Assembly (NCBI GenBank): GCA_020058565.1
Contig: JAGVDT010000036.1
Location: 1-34,842 of the forward strand
Origin: Minisyncoccota bacterium
GTDB taxonomy: Bacteria; Patescibacteriota; Minisyncoccia; Phycocordibacterales; UBA2100
Length of the DNA: 34,842 bases
Direction of reading: 5' to 3'
A program made the translations under genes and the position numbers. This document shows, piece by piece, positions 15,721 through 25,827 of this stretch. Within the stretch, counting starts at the first letter, position 1; each line of letters starts with the position of its first letter. The notes beneath the pieces are model-generated. The model was given only the letters and a program-made list of their open reading frames with translations, searched no databases and was not told the DNA's origin.

Positions 15721-17943
15721 CTAAGGCTTGGGTGCGGTTCCGTCTTGCACTTGTTGGATATATTTTTCCGCTTCGGCCGTCACCGATGGCACATTTTGTA
15801 TTGCGGTGCGCAGGGTGCTGATGGATTTCACAGTATCTCCGGCGGCATAGTAAGCGGCGGCCAAGGTGAAATAAGCCTCAGAATTCCACGGCTCCGCGGC
15901 AACTTTCGCTTCCCACAGCTTAGCAATCTTGTGGTACTGCCCGCGCGCCCCGTATGCGGCCGCTATGCGCTGATCGGCAGCTCTGCCTGTCGGTATAATG
16001 GGAGCAAGGACTTCGTCTGCAAGCTGGTCGGACCCTGCCCGAATCAAAAGCGCCGCGTAGTACAGACGCGCCTCGGCATTTTCCGGCTCAACCTCATACG
16101 CCGACCTGAAAGCGTCAAGCGCTCCCTGAGCGTCGTTGCGAGCGATGGCATTCTGCCCCACTTGGTAAAAGATCGATTGCTTGGTGGGCGAAAGCTCCAG
16201 CGCGCGATCAAAGGACTTGCGCGCGTTTTCCAGATCGCCGTATGCCTGGTACACAAGCCCGGTGAAAAGCGGGAAGCGCGCATCAAGCGGAGAAATCTTT
16301 TCTTGCTTTGTCATTTCCGCCACAGAAACTTGCAGGAACTTCTGTTTGATGTCATTTGAAATGCTGGAACCGGCTATCTGCGCTGCGGCCTGCGCCAGCT
16401 GCTCGCGGACTTCCTGCGTGCCGATAGAATTCACGCTGGCCGCGGCCTGAAAATCCGAGAGGACCTTTTCATAATTGCCCTGCGAGCCGGACATCAGAGC
16501 ACTGATGAGTGTAAGGTTTTGGGAAATCCCGGGCGCATTTGCCCACCACCCTATACTTGCCACCAGTATCGCGCACCCCACCATCGAAAATCCGAGTGCT
16601 TCTTTTGGCAGGGGCGCGGCCTCTACTACACGCGGCGTTTTATCGGCTTCGCTTTCACGCCAGATCACATAGCCCAGCACAGTCGCAAAAAGAATGTAGC
16701 TCGTCACGTTGTCGAATACGAACAGGTTGTGGAAGAAATACCCCGCAAAGAGGCCGATAAGTATTGCGCTTTCGTCGTGCCTGAAAGCTCTGCTGCGCCA
16801 GAGACTATAGAGCGCTGTCGCAAATATCGAGAGGTACGCCGCGAGCCCCAGCATTCCGCCTGCGACGAGCCAGTCGAAAATGCTGTTATGCACTCGATCG
16901 AACCACGGTTCGGCGCTATGCATGCCCGGATCGTAATATTTGTCGAAAACAATCGCGTAGTTCTCCTGGCCCCAGCCGAGTATTGGACGCTCTTTAAAGC
17001 CCTGCCAAGCCATGCCCCAGTTCATGTAGCGAGACTGCACCGTCGGATCGTTTATGGAAATGTTGGCCAGACGCACCAGAAAACCGATCTTGGCGACTTC
17101 CGGAGAACTGCGAAGCGTATAAAGAATGCCGGCGATGACGATCAAAACGCCAATAGCCGCGAAAACGTAGATTCTAATGCGCTTGGCATTTTCCGCGCGA
17201 AACACGTACACAAGCCCCGCGAGTGTCGCACCGCCGATAAGCCCCAGAGTCGTGCCGCGAGTACCGGTAAACAAGAGAACGATAATATCGAAAACTATTA
17301 CGGACCCGTAGGTTATCGACATCCACATTCGCTTGCCGGGTTTGCGCTCACGCCATTCCTGGACCCAAAGCATTGCGGCAAGGAATATATGGAAAAGATC
17401 GTACGCAGCGAGATAAATAGCGTTGCCAAACGTGGCGTCTATACGGCCGGCGAGCCCATTGGCTCCGCCCTGCCCCACCGCGCTCCATCCGAAAAGCTGG
17501 CGCATCCCCATAAAGCCGACGCCCACCGATACCGCGAGCGAGAGCTGGAAGAGCCTGCGCCACAGTTTCTCGGTATTCAAAACAGAGACCACTACGACCA
17601 GGTACGTGAAAAGGTGGGCGATGGTGACCCATCCATCCATACGCTCAAAGTTGCTCCAGAAGCTCTTGAACGGATTAACCCCCTGCGCATCGGCGATTGC
17701 CATTATGAGCACAAATACGGCAAATGCCGCCAGTATCCAATTTTTGCGCGGCCGGTACTGCGGCAGTATCAGTGCGAGCGCTAGCCACGCGGCAGCCATT
17801 ATTTCGACAACGATGCGAAAGTAGAAATTTTTGCCTGTGATGAAGGGGAAAAACATCCCGTCCGCGATGTAAAAAACCACGAAAGGAAGCGAGAAGGCTC
17901 CGCCGATCGCTGTCCAGCGCAGGATTTGTTCGAGAGCCCGCAT
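15721..17943 (-). CDS. O-antigen ligase/O-oligosaccharyltransferase-like (Wzy_C) membrane protein with C-terminal TPRs
   Basis: Many TM helices; RIDATFGNAIYLA, TGTRG, ERPILGWGQENY and FDRVHNSIFDWL; TPR-like C-terminus. Start MRALEQ is preferred (TGCTACAAT 8 nt upstream). Confidence 0.85.
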   Translation of the reverse strand: MRALEQILRWTAIGGAFSLPFVVFYIADGMFFPFITGKNFYFRIVVEIMAAAWLALALILPQYRPRKNWILAAFAVFVLIMAIADAQGVNPFKSFWSNFERMDGWVTIAHLFTYLVVVVSVLNTEKLWRRLFQLSLAVSVGVGFMGMRQLFGWSAVGQGGANGLAGRIDATFGNAIYLAAYDLFHIFLAAMLWVQEWRERKPGKRMWMSITYGSVIVFDIIVLLFTGTRGTTLGLIGGATLAGLVYVFRAENAKRIRIYVFAAIGVLIVIAGILYTLRSSPEVAKIGFLVRLANISINDPTVQSRYMNWGMAWQGFKERPILGWGQENYAIVFDKYYDPGMHSAEPWFDRVHNSIFDWLVAGGMLGLAAYLSIFATALYSLWRSRAFRHDESAILIGLFAGYFFHNLFVFDNVTSYILFATVLGYVIWRESEADKTPRVVEAAPLPKEALGFSMVGCAILVASIGWWANAPGISQNLTLISALMSGSQGNYEKVLSDFQAAASVNSIGTQEVREQLAQAAAQIAGSSISNDIKQKFLQVSVAEMTKQEKISPLDARFPLFTGLVYQAYGDLENARKSFDRALELSPTKQSIFYQVGQNAIARNDAQGALDAFRSAYEVEPENAEARLYYAALLIRAGSDQLADEVLAPIIPTGRAADQRIAAAYGARGQYHKIAKLWEAKVAAEPWNSEAYFTLAAAYYAAGDTVKSISTLRTAIQNVPSVTAEAEKYIQQVQDGTAPKP

Positions 17944-17982
17944 GAGGACGCATTGTAGCACGGCCCCGAAATGCCGCCATCG

Positions 17983-19218
17983 CTACATGACCTTGACCTT
18001 CGGTACCGGTATGATGAATTTCGTACCCTGCGCCCGCAGCGCCTGTTCGCGATGCAAGATCGCAGGCGCATAGTTCCAAGCCAGCAAAAGCAAATAATCC
18101 GGCCTCTTCGTGAAAAGTATATCTGGGGGGACCACCGGGATATGCGCTCCCGGAGTAAACGTCCATTGCTTGAGGGGTATGGTATCGGTAATGAAATCCA
18201 GATGTTTGGCTGTAACACCGACGTAATTCAAAAGGGTGTTGCCCTTGGCCGAAGCTCCGTACCCCGCAATAGAGGCGCCTTTTTTCTTTAGTTTGTCTAA
18301 GAGCGACTTAAGGTCGCGTTTGTTTTTCTCTACTTTAGGGGCAAACCGGCGGAATGCGCGCATGGAGTCGATGCCTACGCTCCTTTCTAGGGCGAGAAGT
18401 TTTTTGACCCTTGCGGAAGGCTTTCCTTTTTTCTGCACGAAAAATCTCAAAGATTCTCCGTGTATCGGGACCCTCTGTACGTCGGTTACCATAAAACCAA
18501 ATCGCTCTGCGAGATATTTGACGGCGTGGAGCGAATAGTAGGAAAGATGTTCGTGATAAATCTGGTCGAATCCTCCATCGCCGATCAAGTTGTAAACCCA
18601 ATGCGCCTCGAAGACAAAAACCCCGTCGTCGCGCAAAAGTATCTCAATCCCCCTGAAAACATCGTCCAGATCGTCGATATGCGCTATCACATTGTTTGCG
18701 AATATGACTTTCGCTTGGCCATGCTTTTTGACGATGTCCTTGGCAACGCGGACGCCGAAAAAGTCAACGATTGTTTCGACACCTCGTTTTTTAGCCTCGA
18801 GCGCGGCAGTCTCTGCCGGGTCGACCCCAAGCACGTTCACTTCATCTTTTATGGCAGAAAGCAAAATACCGTCATTACTTCCTATTTCGACCGCCAGATC
18901 TCCCCGCCCGAGTCCGAAGCGCTTTACGATGTCTCGCGCCTCTCTCTGGAAATGGTCAACCAGGACCGGGGATCCGGACGTCAAATAATGGTACCCAGAA
19001 AATAAAACCTCCGGGTCCACCACATGCGCCAACTGCACCAGAGAACATTTCCGACAAAAAACGAGCTGCAGCGGATACGTTGCGTCCTTTTTACGGGCAG
19101 CCTCCTTGGAGAGAAAGGCATTGGCGAGCGCGGTCTTGCCAAGGTTTAGGATGAGCTTCAAATCTTTTGCGCCGCAGATCCGGCAGGTCTTTCTTTTACG
19201 GAAATGAGCGCTTGACAT
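17983..19218 (-). CDS. NDP-hexose C3-methyltransferase-like SAM-dependent enzyme
   Basis: Zn motifs CRIC and CRKC-LVQL; VEIGSNDG, ANNVIAH, FDQIYHEHLSY, IHGES, YGASAKGNTLL and LLLAWN. Start MSSAHF follows AAGGGGG. Confidence 0.88.
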   Translation of the reverse strand: MSSAHFRKRKTCRICGAKDLKLILNLGKTALANAFLSKEAARKKDATYPLQLVFCRKCSLVQLAHVVDPEVLFSGYHYLTSGSPVLVDHFQREARDIVKRFGLGRGDLAVEIGSNDGILLSAIKDEVNVLGVDPAETAALEAKKRGVETIVDFFGVRVAKDIVKKHGQAKVIFANNVIAHIDDLDDVFRGIEILLRDDGVFVFEAHWVYNLIGDGGFDQIYHEHLSYYSLHAVKYLAERFGFMVTDVQRVPIHGESLRFFVQKKGKPSARVKKLLALERSVGIDSMRAFRRFAPKVEKNKRDLKSLLDKLKKKGASIAGYGASAKGNTLLNYVGVTAKHLDFITDTIPLKQWTFTPGAHIPVVPPDILFTKRPDYLLLLAWNYAPAILHREQALRAQGTKFIIPVPKVKVM

Positions 19219-19229
19219 GCCCCCTTGTA

Positions 19230-20678
19230 TCACTTTTTTGGAGTTTGGGAAACAGTCTTCTCCTCGAAGAATTCCTGCTCCTCGCCGAGCTCCCATACGT
19301 CATGATGTTCGCCAAAGAGATTGCGAACCGTCAACATTCCCGTGTACATGGCATGATCCTGGTCCTTGTATTTGTACATGCCCGCCCTGCCAATGAGCCT
19401 GAGATTCTGAAACTGCTCCAAGAAAGCTCTCAGCGCTGCAAACTTTTCGCGGTACCCCATATAATATGTCGGGTATGCGTCGTCGCTTCGTATTACGTAC
19501 GCGCCGCCAAATTCTTCGTGACGGACTAAGCCAAGCTCTGTCATTTCTCGGAGCGCCAACTCGATGAGCTCGTCATCCTTTTTATTCCAAAACTCATCAC
19601 CCTCATAACAGAAAAACTCGATGCCTATGGCGGATGTGTTTGGGTCGGCCAACATGTCGGAGCTAAACTGCCCGTAGTTGCCTATCCGCGCAATCCGCAC
19701 GTCGGTGGATTGAATATAGAACCACGAATCTTCAAACAAGTCTTTGCGCTTGATTATCATGTTGACGACGATATGCGCTCGAAAACGCATTGCTTTTGTG
19801 AGCTCCAGCACATTCTTTGAAGCCGGCGGCGTCATCGACGCGACGAGAAGATTGCTGGGAATACTGGAGATAAACACGTCTCCTTCCACATCCTCTCGCC
19901 CCGCTGCAGTCTCGACAGTCACCGCGCGTATGCACGACTCTTCGCATCTGACTGCAATGATTTTGCTGTTGAGCAAAAATTTCACTCCCAAGACCTCAAG
20001 TTCTTGCTGCATTTTCTCGTAAAACATGCCCGCCCCGTATCGGGGATAGAAAAATTGCGCGCCAATGTTTTTCACTTGCTCCATAGTAAACATGCTCTTG
20101 ACCAGTTCGCCGAATACATCGAGTATTTTTATCGGTTTTATGCGCTGTCCGGCCCAGTCCACCCCCACCTCGTCAGCCTCAATACCCCACACTTTTTTCG
20201 TGTAATCCCGGAAAAAAGCTTTTGATATCCTGTTGCCGAAGGTTTTGGTCGTCCACTCCGCGAAATTTTTGGGCTCTTTGTTGCGCCATACGAGCTGCGC
20301 TTTTAGAAAACTTGCTCCGGCGAGCATGCTCTGTATCAAACCAAGGTTATACAGCGCGTTCACCATCTTTAGAGGATATTGGAAAAATCTCCCCCGATAA
20401 TATATGCGTGTTATTCTGGGCCGAACGAGCAAATCTTTGCCGAGCATTTTCTTCCAGAGGTCCTCAACCTCGGCATACTTTGTCATCATCCGATGCGGCC
20501 CGACGTCAAAAAAATATCCCTGGAATTTTTCTGTGCGCGCCAGCCCTCCGACGCGATCATTTTTATCAAGCACCACCACATGTTTGGCGCCTCTTTTTGA
20601 AAGTTCCCACGCAGCGCCCATACCCGCAGGACCAGCGCCCAGTATCACAAATCTCTTGTCTTTCGTTTCACCAACCAT
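19230..20678 (-). CDS. FAD-dependent oxidoreductase (HemY/UDP-galactopyranose-mutase-like fold, glycan-cluster type)
   Basis: ILGAGPAG, VGGLART, FDVGPHR, AYPTY and IGRAGMYKY.DQDH. Confidence 0.8.
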   Translation of the reverse strand: MVGETKDKRFVILGAGPAGMGAAWELSKRGAKHVVVLDKNDRVGGLARTEKFQGYFFDVGPHRMMTKYAEVEDLWKKMLGKDLLVRPRITRIYYRGRFFQYPLKMVNALYNLGLIQSMLAGASFLKAQLVWRNKEPKNFAEWTTKTFGNRISKAFFRDYTKKVWGIEADEVGVDWAGQRIKPIKILDVFGELVKSMFTMEQVKNIGAQFFYPRYGAGMFYEKMQQELEVLGVKFLLNSKIIAVRCEESCIRAVTVETAAGREDVEGDVFISSIPSNLLVASMTPPASKNVLELTKAMRFRAHIVVNMIIKRKDLFEDSWFYIQSTDVRIARIGNYGQFSSDMLADPNTSAIGIEFFCYEGDEFWNKKDDELIELALREMTELGLVRHEEFGGAYVIRSDDAYPTYYMGYREKFAALRAFLEQFQNLRLIGRAGMYKYKDQDHAMYTGMLTVRNLFGEHHDVWELGEEQEFFEEKTVSQTPKK

Positions 20679-20696
20679 TCGAGGATTGTATCAGCA

Positions 20697-21623
20697 CTAG
20701 AGATTGGCGTCTTGTATCCATTTGATTGTGCGCTTAACCCCTTCGGAGAGGCTTACTTTGGGCACCCATCCGAGCGCTTTTTTTGTCTCGCGTATCGAGA
20801 AATATAGATTTGGCACGTCAATAAAACGCTGCTCTTTGTGTATCATTGTTGCCTTGAGTCCGCTTTGCTTTTCTATAGCCTGAATAAGATTTCCGAGCGT
20901 AACGCCGCGGCCGCTCGCTACATTGAGCGTGAGGTTTTTCACCCGAGGCTTCAAGGCTGAAACAATCGCTCCCGATAAATCATCGATATACAAAAAATCC
21001 CGCGTAATGTCGGGTGATCCCCATATTTCGATGGGTCTTTTACCCAGAATATTGTACGCAAAGCGGCTCACCACGCCGTGCGTAGTGGCAAACTGCCCGG
21101 GCCCATAGGCATTGGTGCTTCGCAAAATGACATATGCGAATCCGTGTTTTTCAGCATAGTGGCGCACATAATGCTCCGTGGCGAGTTTCATCGTTCCGTA
21201 TGCAGACCTGGGATGCGGCAGTGCGCTGGTTTCCACCGGAAGCTTCGGCGCTGATCCGTACACGGCCGGTCCCGAAGACAAATACACAATTTTCGCGATG
21301 CGTTCTCGGGCCGCCTGTTCAAGCAGCGTAAGCGTGCCTATAATGCTGACTTTGGCGTCCTGAATGGGATTTTGTTCGGACGTGGCTTGATTGGAGGTGC
21401 CTGCCAAATGAATAATAATGCTTCCTGGCGCTATAGCTTTCCTAAGAATATTCAAATCATCGAAGTCACCCCTAAAAAAACGTATCTTCCCCGCAAACTC
21501 TTTTGGGGGGTTGTTGTGATCAATAACCGTAATTGCGTTATATCCTGCGGCGAGAAGATGCTCAACGAGATTTTTTCCAACGAAGCCGGAGCCCCCGGTT
21601 ATGCAAATGGGTGTTTTTTTCAT
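20697..21623 (-). CDS. NAD-dependent nucleotide-sugar epimerase/dehydratase (extended SDR)
   Basis: TGGSGFVG, IIHLA, YGTMK (YxxxK), NAYGPGQ and RDFLYIDD. Confidence 0.9.
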   Translation of the reverse strand: MKKTPICITGGSGFVGKNLVEHLLAAGYNAITVIDHNNPPKEFAGKIRFFRGDFDDLNILRKAIAPGSIIIHLAGTSNQATSEQNPIQDAKVSIIGTLTLLEQAARERIAKIVYLSSGPAVYGSAPKLPVETSALPHPRSAYGTMKLATEHYVRHYAEKHGFAYVILRSTNAYGPGQFATTHGVVSRFAYNILGKRPIEIWGSPDITRDFLYIDDLSGAIVSALKPRVKNLTLNVASGRGVTLGNLIQAIEKQSGLKATMIHKEQRFIDVPNLYFSIRETKKALGWVPKVSLSEGVKRTIKWIQDANL

Positions 21624-21661
21624 GATCGAATCCGGACAATACGCACCGTACTACACTAGTC

Positions 21662-22942
21662 TCAAATAGACAATCGCCATATTTTCCGCAGCCCATACGC
21701 CGCGAACACAAAAAAGAACCCAAGAAACGGAATGCTGTAGCGGCTCATTTCCGTGCCGCCGGGGTTTATGCCGCCCGAGATGCCGGCATTGATCCCCACC
21801 ATGGCGAGGAAAAACAACCCCCAGGGCAGGAGTTTGCGATCGGTCAGCGCCACGAGCCCGAGTGCATACACAAGCAGCCAGAAGACGCGGCCGGCCGCAA
21901 GGACAGCCTCCCACAGCGCCGAAGGGACGGCTTCATACAAAGAACGCGCCTGCGCATAAAGCATCGTGTGGATCAGGTATTCGTACCGGTCTGTAAAAAG
22001 CGAACTGAGCGAACGATGAATCTGAAAAAATAAGTATCCGGGCGTATCTTGCGCTATCACCTCGAGCGCGGCTTGTTTGTACTGAGCCGTATACTCAAAG
22101 CCAAAACGGGTGAATTTTCCGTCCCCAGGGCTGTCTGGCGCAACGTTTGCAATAGGAATCCCGCTCTGCGATGCGAATATGCTGACCGGATAAGCATACA
22201 AGTCATACCAGCCGCCGCTGCTTAATTCCCACGTATTGAACGTGATTTTGTTTCTGACATACCAGGGAGATATCACGGCAGCAGCGATTACTATGACTAG
22301 CGCCGCGCTGAGCAACGCCGCGCCAGATTTTTTGTCTCTTCGGTATGTCTGAAACGCAACAAACAGGACAAACACCGGTATGAAAAGGAGCGCAATGGGC
22401 CGCGCAAGCGTCGCAAGCCCCAGGAAAAGAGCGGCGAATTCGTAGCGATCGCGAAGCAACATCCAAAAGCTAAGCATCATCAGAAAGCCAAATAACACGT
22501 CCGACATCAAAAGCCCTCCCCAGTACACAAACATCGGCTCGAGCGCCACCAAAATCGCCGCCCAGATGGCGATCTGCCTATCCGCGAGCGCCGCGCCTAT
22601 TTTGTATGCAAAAACCACGATTGCCGCCGATAGTCCAGCCTGCACCAAAGCTATGGCAAAAAGCGGAAGCTTTGCATACAAGAGCGCCGCCAGAAACATC
22701 TGATACAGCGGGGTGTGAAAACCATTCGGGTAGTACGGCGGCTCGGTAGCAGCGCTAAACACGCCATGGTTGAGGAGATTGAGCGCGCCGTTGTAGAAAA
22801 AAGATTCTGCGTCCGAAAACGCGATAAACCCGTGCGCCCCGGCATGCACCTGCACGAAAAGCGCATAGAACGCGCGCAGGAGAAACGCGCCGAGAAAAAG
22901 CAAGACTTCCGTACGATGATCCCGATAAAAAATATGCAGCAT
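21662..22942 (-). CDS. GT-C (ArnT/PMT_2-like) polyprenyl-phosphate-sugar-dependent glycosyltransferase
   Basis: Multi-TM; SDAESF..NLL.HG..HTPLY, LMSD, GLATLARP, PWYVRN and RY. Start MLHIFY (22942) avoids overlap with the upstream GT2. Confidence 0.8.
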   Translation of the reverse strand: MLHIFYRDHRTEVLLFLGAFLLRAFYALFVQVHAGAHGFIAFSDAESFFYNGALNLLNHGVFSAATEPPYYPNGFHTPLYQMFLAALLYAKLPLFAIALVQAGLSAAIVVFAYKIGAALADRQIAIWAAILVALEPMFVYWGGLLMSDVLFGFLMMLSFWMLLRDRYEFAALFLGLATLARPIALLFIPVFVLFVAFQTYRRDKKSGAALLSAALVIVIAAAVISPWYVRNKITFNTWELSSGGWYDLYAYPVSIFASQSGIPIANVAPDSPGDGKFTRFGFEYTAQYKQAALEVIAQDTPGYLFFQIHRSLSSLFTDRYEYLIHTMLYAQARSLYEAVPSALWEAVLAAGRVFWLLVYALGLVALTDRKLLPWGLFFLAMVGINAGISGGINPGGTEMSRYSIPFLGFFFVFAAYGLRKIWRLSI

Positions 22943-22956
22943 CGTGGTGGGGCGCT

Positions 22957-23673
22957 TCACATCCTGCCTGCTTTCATCAAAAACCATAACTTTAGGGCAT
23001 TGCCCAGCGTCTTTAAAACCACGCTCATTTTGGCGTTTTTGACTTCGCCTCCCGCACGCGGATGATAAAAAGAAGGCGCCTCGGCGATGCGGTACCCTTT
23101 TTTCGAAAACCTCACCACGATCTCGGCCAGTATGAAGACGCCGCTCGAGCCTTTCAGGTCTAGGCCTTTCAGCTTGTCTGCGCGCCATAGAGTGGCCCAT
23201 CCGAGGTCACCGACTCTCAGATCAAAAAGGATCGTGAGCAAAAGCAAATACCCATGCGTCATCAGCATTCTCCAGAGCGTGTAGTCGGGCCGGCCCCCGC
23301 GATACCCAAGCACCAGATCATTTGCTGCCATCATTTCGAAACAATGGCGCAAGTCCTCTACCAGAAATTGCCCGTCGGCAGGGATATAGGCGATAAACTC
23401 TTTTGTCGAAGCATTGATCCCGGTAAGCGTCGCTCGGCTAAATCCGCCATTTTTCTGGTGAATTATGCGCAATTTCTGATGTTTCTTTGCCAGCTCGTCG
23501 CAGATCTTGGCGGTATCGTCGCTACTGCCGTCGTCAACCACTATCACCTCAAAATCATCGAAATACTCAGGCAAGCGCTCCAGCGAATTCTCGACTACGC
23601 GCTCAATGTTCTCCTCTTCGTTGTAAGCAGGGATGACTATGCTTAAGCTCAAGTTTGGGTATCGTGCGGACAT
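22957..23673 (-). CDS. GT2 glycosyltransferase (polyprenol-phosphate glycosyl synthase, DPM1-like)
   Basis: SIVIPAYNEEENI, VVDDGSSD, ADGQF and PRAGG. Start MSARYP has TGCTATACT 8 nt upstream. Confidence 0.88.
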   Translation of the reverse strand: MSARYPNLSLSIVIPAYNEEENIERVVENSLERLPEYFDDFEVIVVDDGSSDDTAKICDELAKKHQKLRIIHQKNGGFSRATLTGINASTKEFIAYIPADGQFLVEDLRHCFEMMAANDLVLGYRGGRPDYTLWRMLMTHGYLLLLTILFDLRVGDLGWATLWRADKLKGLDLKGSSGVFILAEIVVRFSKKGYRIAEAPSFYHPRAGGEVKNAKMSVVLKTLGNALKLWFLMKAGRM

Positions 23674-23701
23674 TGAGGTGGAGTATAGCAGCAGATATCG
23701 G

Positions 23702-24436
23702 CTATATTTTGAGCCGCCGGAAAATAAAGCCAGGCAGCAGTTTGTATGCCAGCATAAGAGCTCCCCACCATCGAGGCACATATACGCCGATACCGTCTTT
23801 TTTGAGCCCCTGCACGATGCGCCGGGCAACTTTTGCCGGAGCGGCATAGGGCACCATGCTTCTGCGCCCAAAAGTCATGCCTGTTTTCATATAGCCGACT
23901 CGGTAATATTGGATCCGACATTTTGTTCCATGCAGTCTTTGGCTCAGTCCGCTGAAAAAGAATTCGAGCGCGCTCTTGGAGGCCGCATAAACAGTGTTTT
24001 TCGAACGGGGACGAGATTGTGCGACGCTCCCTATGCCTACCAATGCCCCATTCCTGCTCTCGAGCAGATCCGGCAAAAACGCTGTGGCAATGCGAACGGG
24101 CGCCGAAAAATTCACTTCGACGAGCCGGGTGATTTCGTCCTCTGAAAGTTTCTCGAAATCACGATCCAAATCTGATTGGCCGGAAACCAAAAAGAGACAG
24201 TCCGCCTTGCCGATCTTAGAATTGCACATGCTGCGCAGTTCTGCCCCGCTCAAAGCGCGTATGTCTCCTGCATGGTATTCGACCCGGCTGCTGTAGCGAA
24301 TCCGAAGATCGGATCGGATCGCAGAAAGATCCCGCGGATCTGATGCCACCAAGAATAGATCATGGCCGTGCCGCGCCAGTTCCTCTGCCAGAGCCCTTCC
24401 CAAACCCGCGGAAGCGCCGATGATAACTGATTTCAT
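23702..24436 (-). CDS. Short-chain dehydrogenase, DprE2-like
   Basis: IIGASAGLG, VNF, SVAQSRPRSKNTVYAASK and GYMKTGMT. It overlaps the upstream DprE1-like gene by 4 nt (ATGA). Confidence 0.75.
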   Translation of the reverse strand: MKSVIIGASAGLGRALAEELARHGHDLFLVASDPRDLSAIRSDLRIRYSSRVEYHAGDIRALSGAELRSMCNSKIGKADCLFLVSGQSDLDRDFEKLSEDEITRLVEVNFSAPVRIATAFLPDLLESRNGALVGIGSVAQSRPRSKNTVYAASKSALEFFFSGLSQRLHGTKCRIQYYRVGYMKTGMTFGRRSMVPYAAPAKVARRIVQGLKKDGIGVYVPRWWGALMLAYKLLPGFIFRRLKI

Positions 24437-25764
24437 ACAGATAGTTTCTGCGACAATGCCGAGGCGAACTGCCGGTTGGGATCATATGCTGCCATGCGCT
24501 CGCGCACTTTTTCATAATCCGGATACTCGCGTCTGATCAGTTCTCGGCTTATCCGCGAATCTTTGGCGATGTTGTCGATCGCGCCCATATCCACGTTTAA
24601 CGCATCGAGTGCTTCGTGAAAACCGGCTTTGCCAGTGTGAGGAACGACATCTATAGATATCACGAGGCCGCGGCCCGCAAAGTGCAGTAGCCGCTGTTTG
24701 CCGGAGAAGAACTTGCACGAGCCCAGCACGACCTGAGGACGGTAACTCCTCAGCAGTCTTTCGAACTTTTCGATGTATTTTTCGACCGATGCCTCAGGCA
24801 CGAGTATTTGACGCTCGATAAAGCCTTTTTTTCCGTACCAGTCGAAATAAAAGGAAATGCCCGCAACCGGATAATTAAACTGATAAAAAGGCATTTTTTC
24901 TTCGGATTTGAATTTCGTGTGCCATGTGCGGTACGCGAAGCCAAAAACCGGGATTGAAAGCGCGTTGAAATATGAAAACCTCTGCGTGGGCCGACGATCT
25001 AAGCTATGAAAAGATTCCAGAAGCTTTGCCGGTGTATGTTCGTCGCTGAAATTAGAGACCGTCACAAAACCCTGCCCCATATTTTTTCCGAAGACGCTGA
25101 AATCGTTAAAAGTATTTAGCGCATCGGCCGAATCGTTGACCTGCTGCAAAACCTCCACCATGTGCTGCAAATTTCGAAACGAAATGTTGCGGACCCGAAG
25201 CCACGGGCTCGGGATACGGGCCAGGCGAAGTTTGGCTTTGAGAATCACGCCGGTAAGCCCCATGCCGCCGATGGTGAGGTCAAAGAGCTCTTTGTTTTCG
25301 GCGCGCGAACATTTGAGCACTCCTTTTTGGGGATGAAAAACCTCTAGCTCCTCGACGCAGGACTCAAACAAACCTTCTTTGAACTGGTTTTTGCCGAAAA
25401 CATTGAACGCGATGCATCCTCCTATCGAAATCTGCGGATGGCCCGGCTCGACCGGCACCCGGAGGCCCCTGGGACACAAAAATATATGAAGTGCGTGCAG
25501 CGTTATGCCTGCCTCTACGGTAATCATCGGCGCTTTTGCATCGGCGTTAAATTCCAGAATTCTGCTGAATTTCCCAAAGCCGACCGAGACGGAATCTTTC
25601 CCGAAAGATGCGGCGACGTAAGAGAGTCCGGAGCCGCGCGGGATGAACCTGCCCGTTTTGGGAAACTTTTCCAAAAAACTATACCGATCCGGCTCAGCGT
25701 ATTTGCTGAGGAATTCTGACTGTCTATCTAGGCTGAAAAAACACCGTGTATCAATTGGCATCAT
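24433..25764 (-). CDS. FAD-binding oxidoreductase, DprE1-like (VAO family)
   Basis: PRGSGLSY, VEAGITL, PG..ISIGG..N.FGKN, LTIGGMGLTGVI, YGKKGF, IAKDSR and DP.RQFASALSQKL. Confidence 0.8.
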   Translation of the reverse strand: MMPIDTRCFFSLDRQSEFLSKYAEPDRYSFLEKFPKTGRFIPRGSGLSYVAASFGKDSVSVGFGKFSRILEFNADAKAPMITVEAGITLHALHIFLCPRGLRVPVEPGHPQISIGGCIAFNVFGKNQFKEGLFESCVEELEVFHPQKGVLKCSRAENKELFDLTIGGMGLTGVILKAKLRLARIPSPWLRVRNISFRNLQHMVEVLQQVNDSADALNTFNDFSVFGKNMGQGFVTVSNFSDEHTPAKLLESFHSLDRRPTQRFSYFNALSIPVFGFAYRTWHTKFKSEEKMPFYQFNYPVAGISFYFDWYGKKGFIERQILVPEASVEKYIEKFERLLRSYRPQVVLGSCKFFSGKQRLLHFAGRGLVISIDVVPHTGKAGFHEALDALNVDMGAIDNIAKDSRISRELIRREYPDYEKVRERMAAYDPNRQFASALSQKLSV

Positions 25765-25827
25765 GTGGATTTTACACCGGGCGAACCTGTCACATCTGTG
25801 ATACCGGTTACACGAAACGACCTTCCT

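Noticed and set aside
16519..17784. 421-aa plus-strand ORF and the other antisense ORFs in the track (e.g. 563-3400 plus strand, 7184..7741, 25951..26682)
   Set aside because: They are shadows of well-supported opposite-strand genes and have no recognisable motifs.
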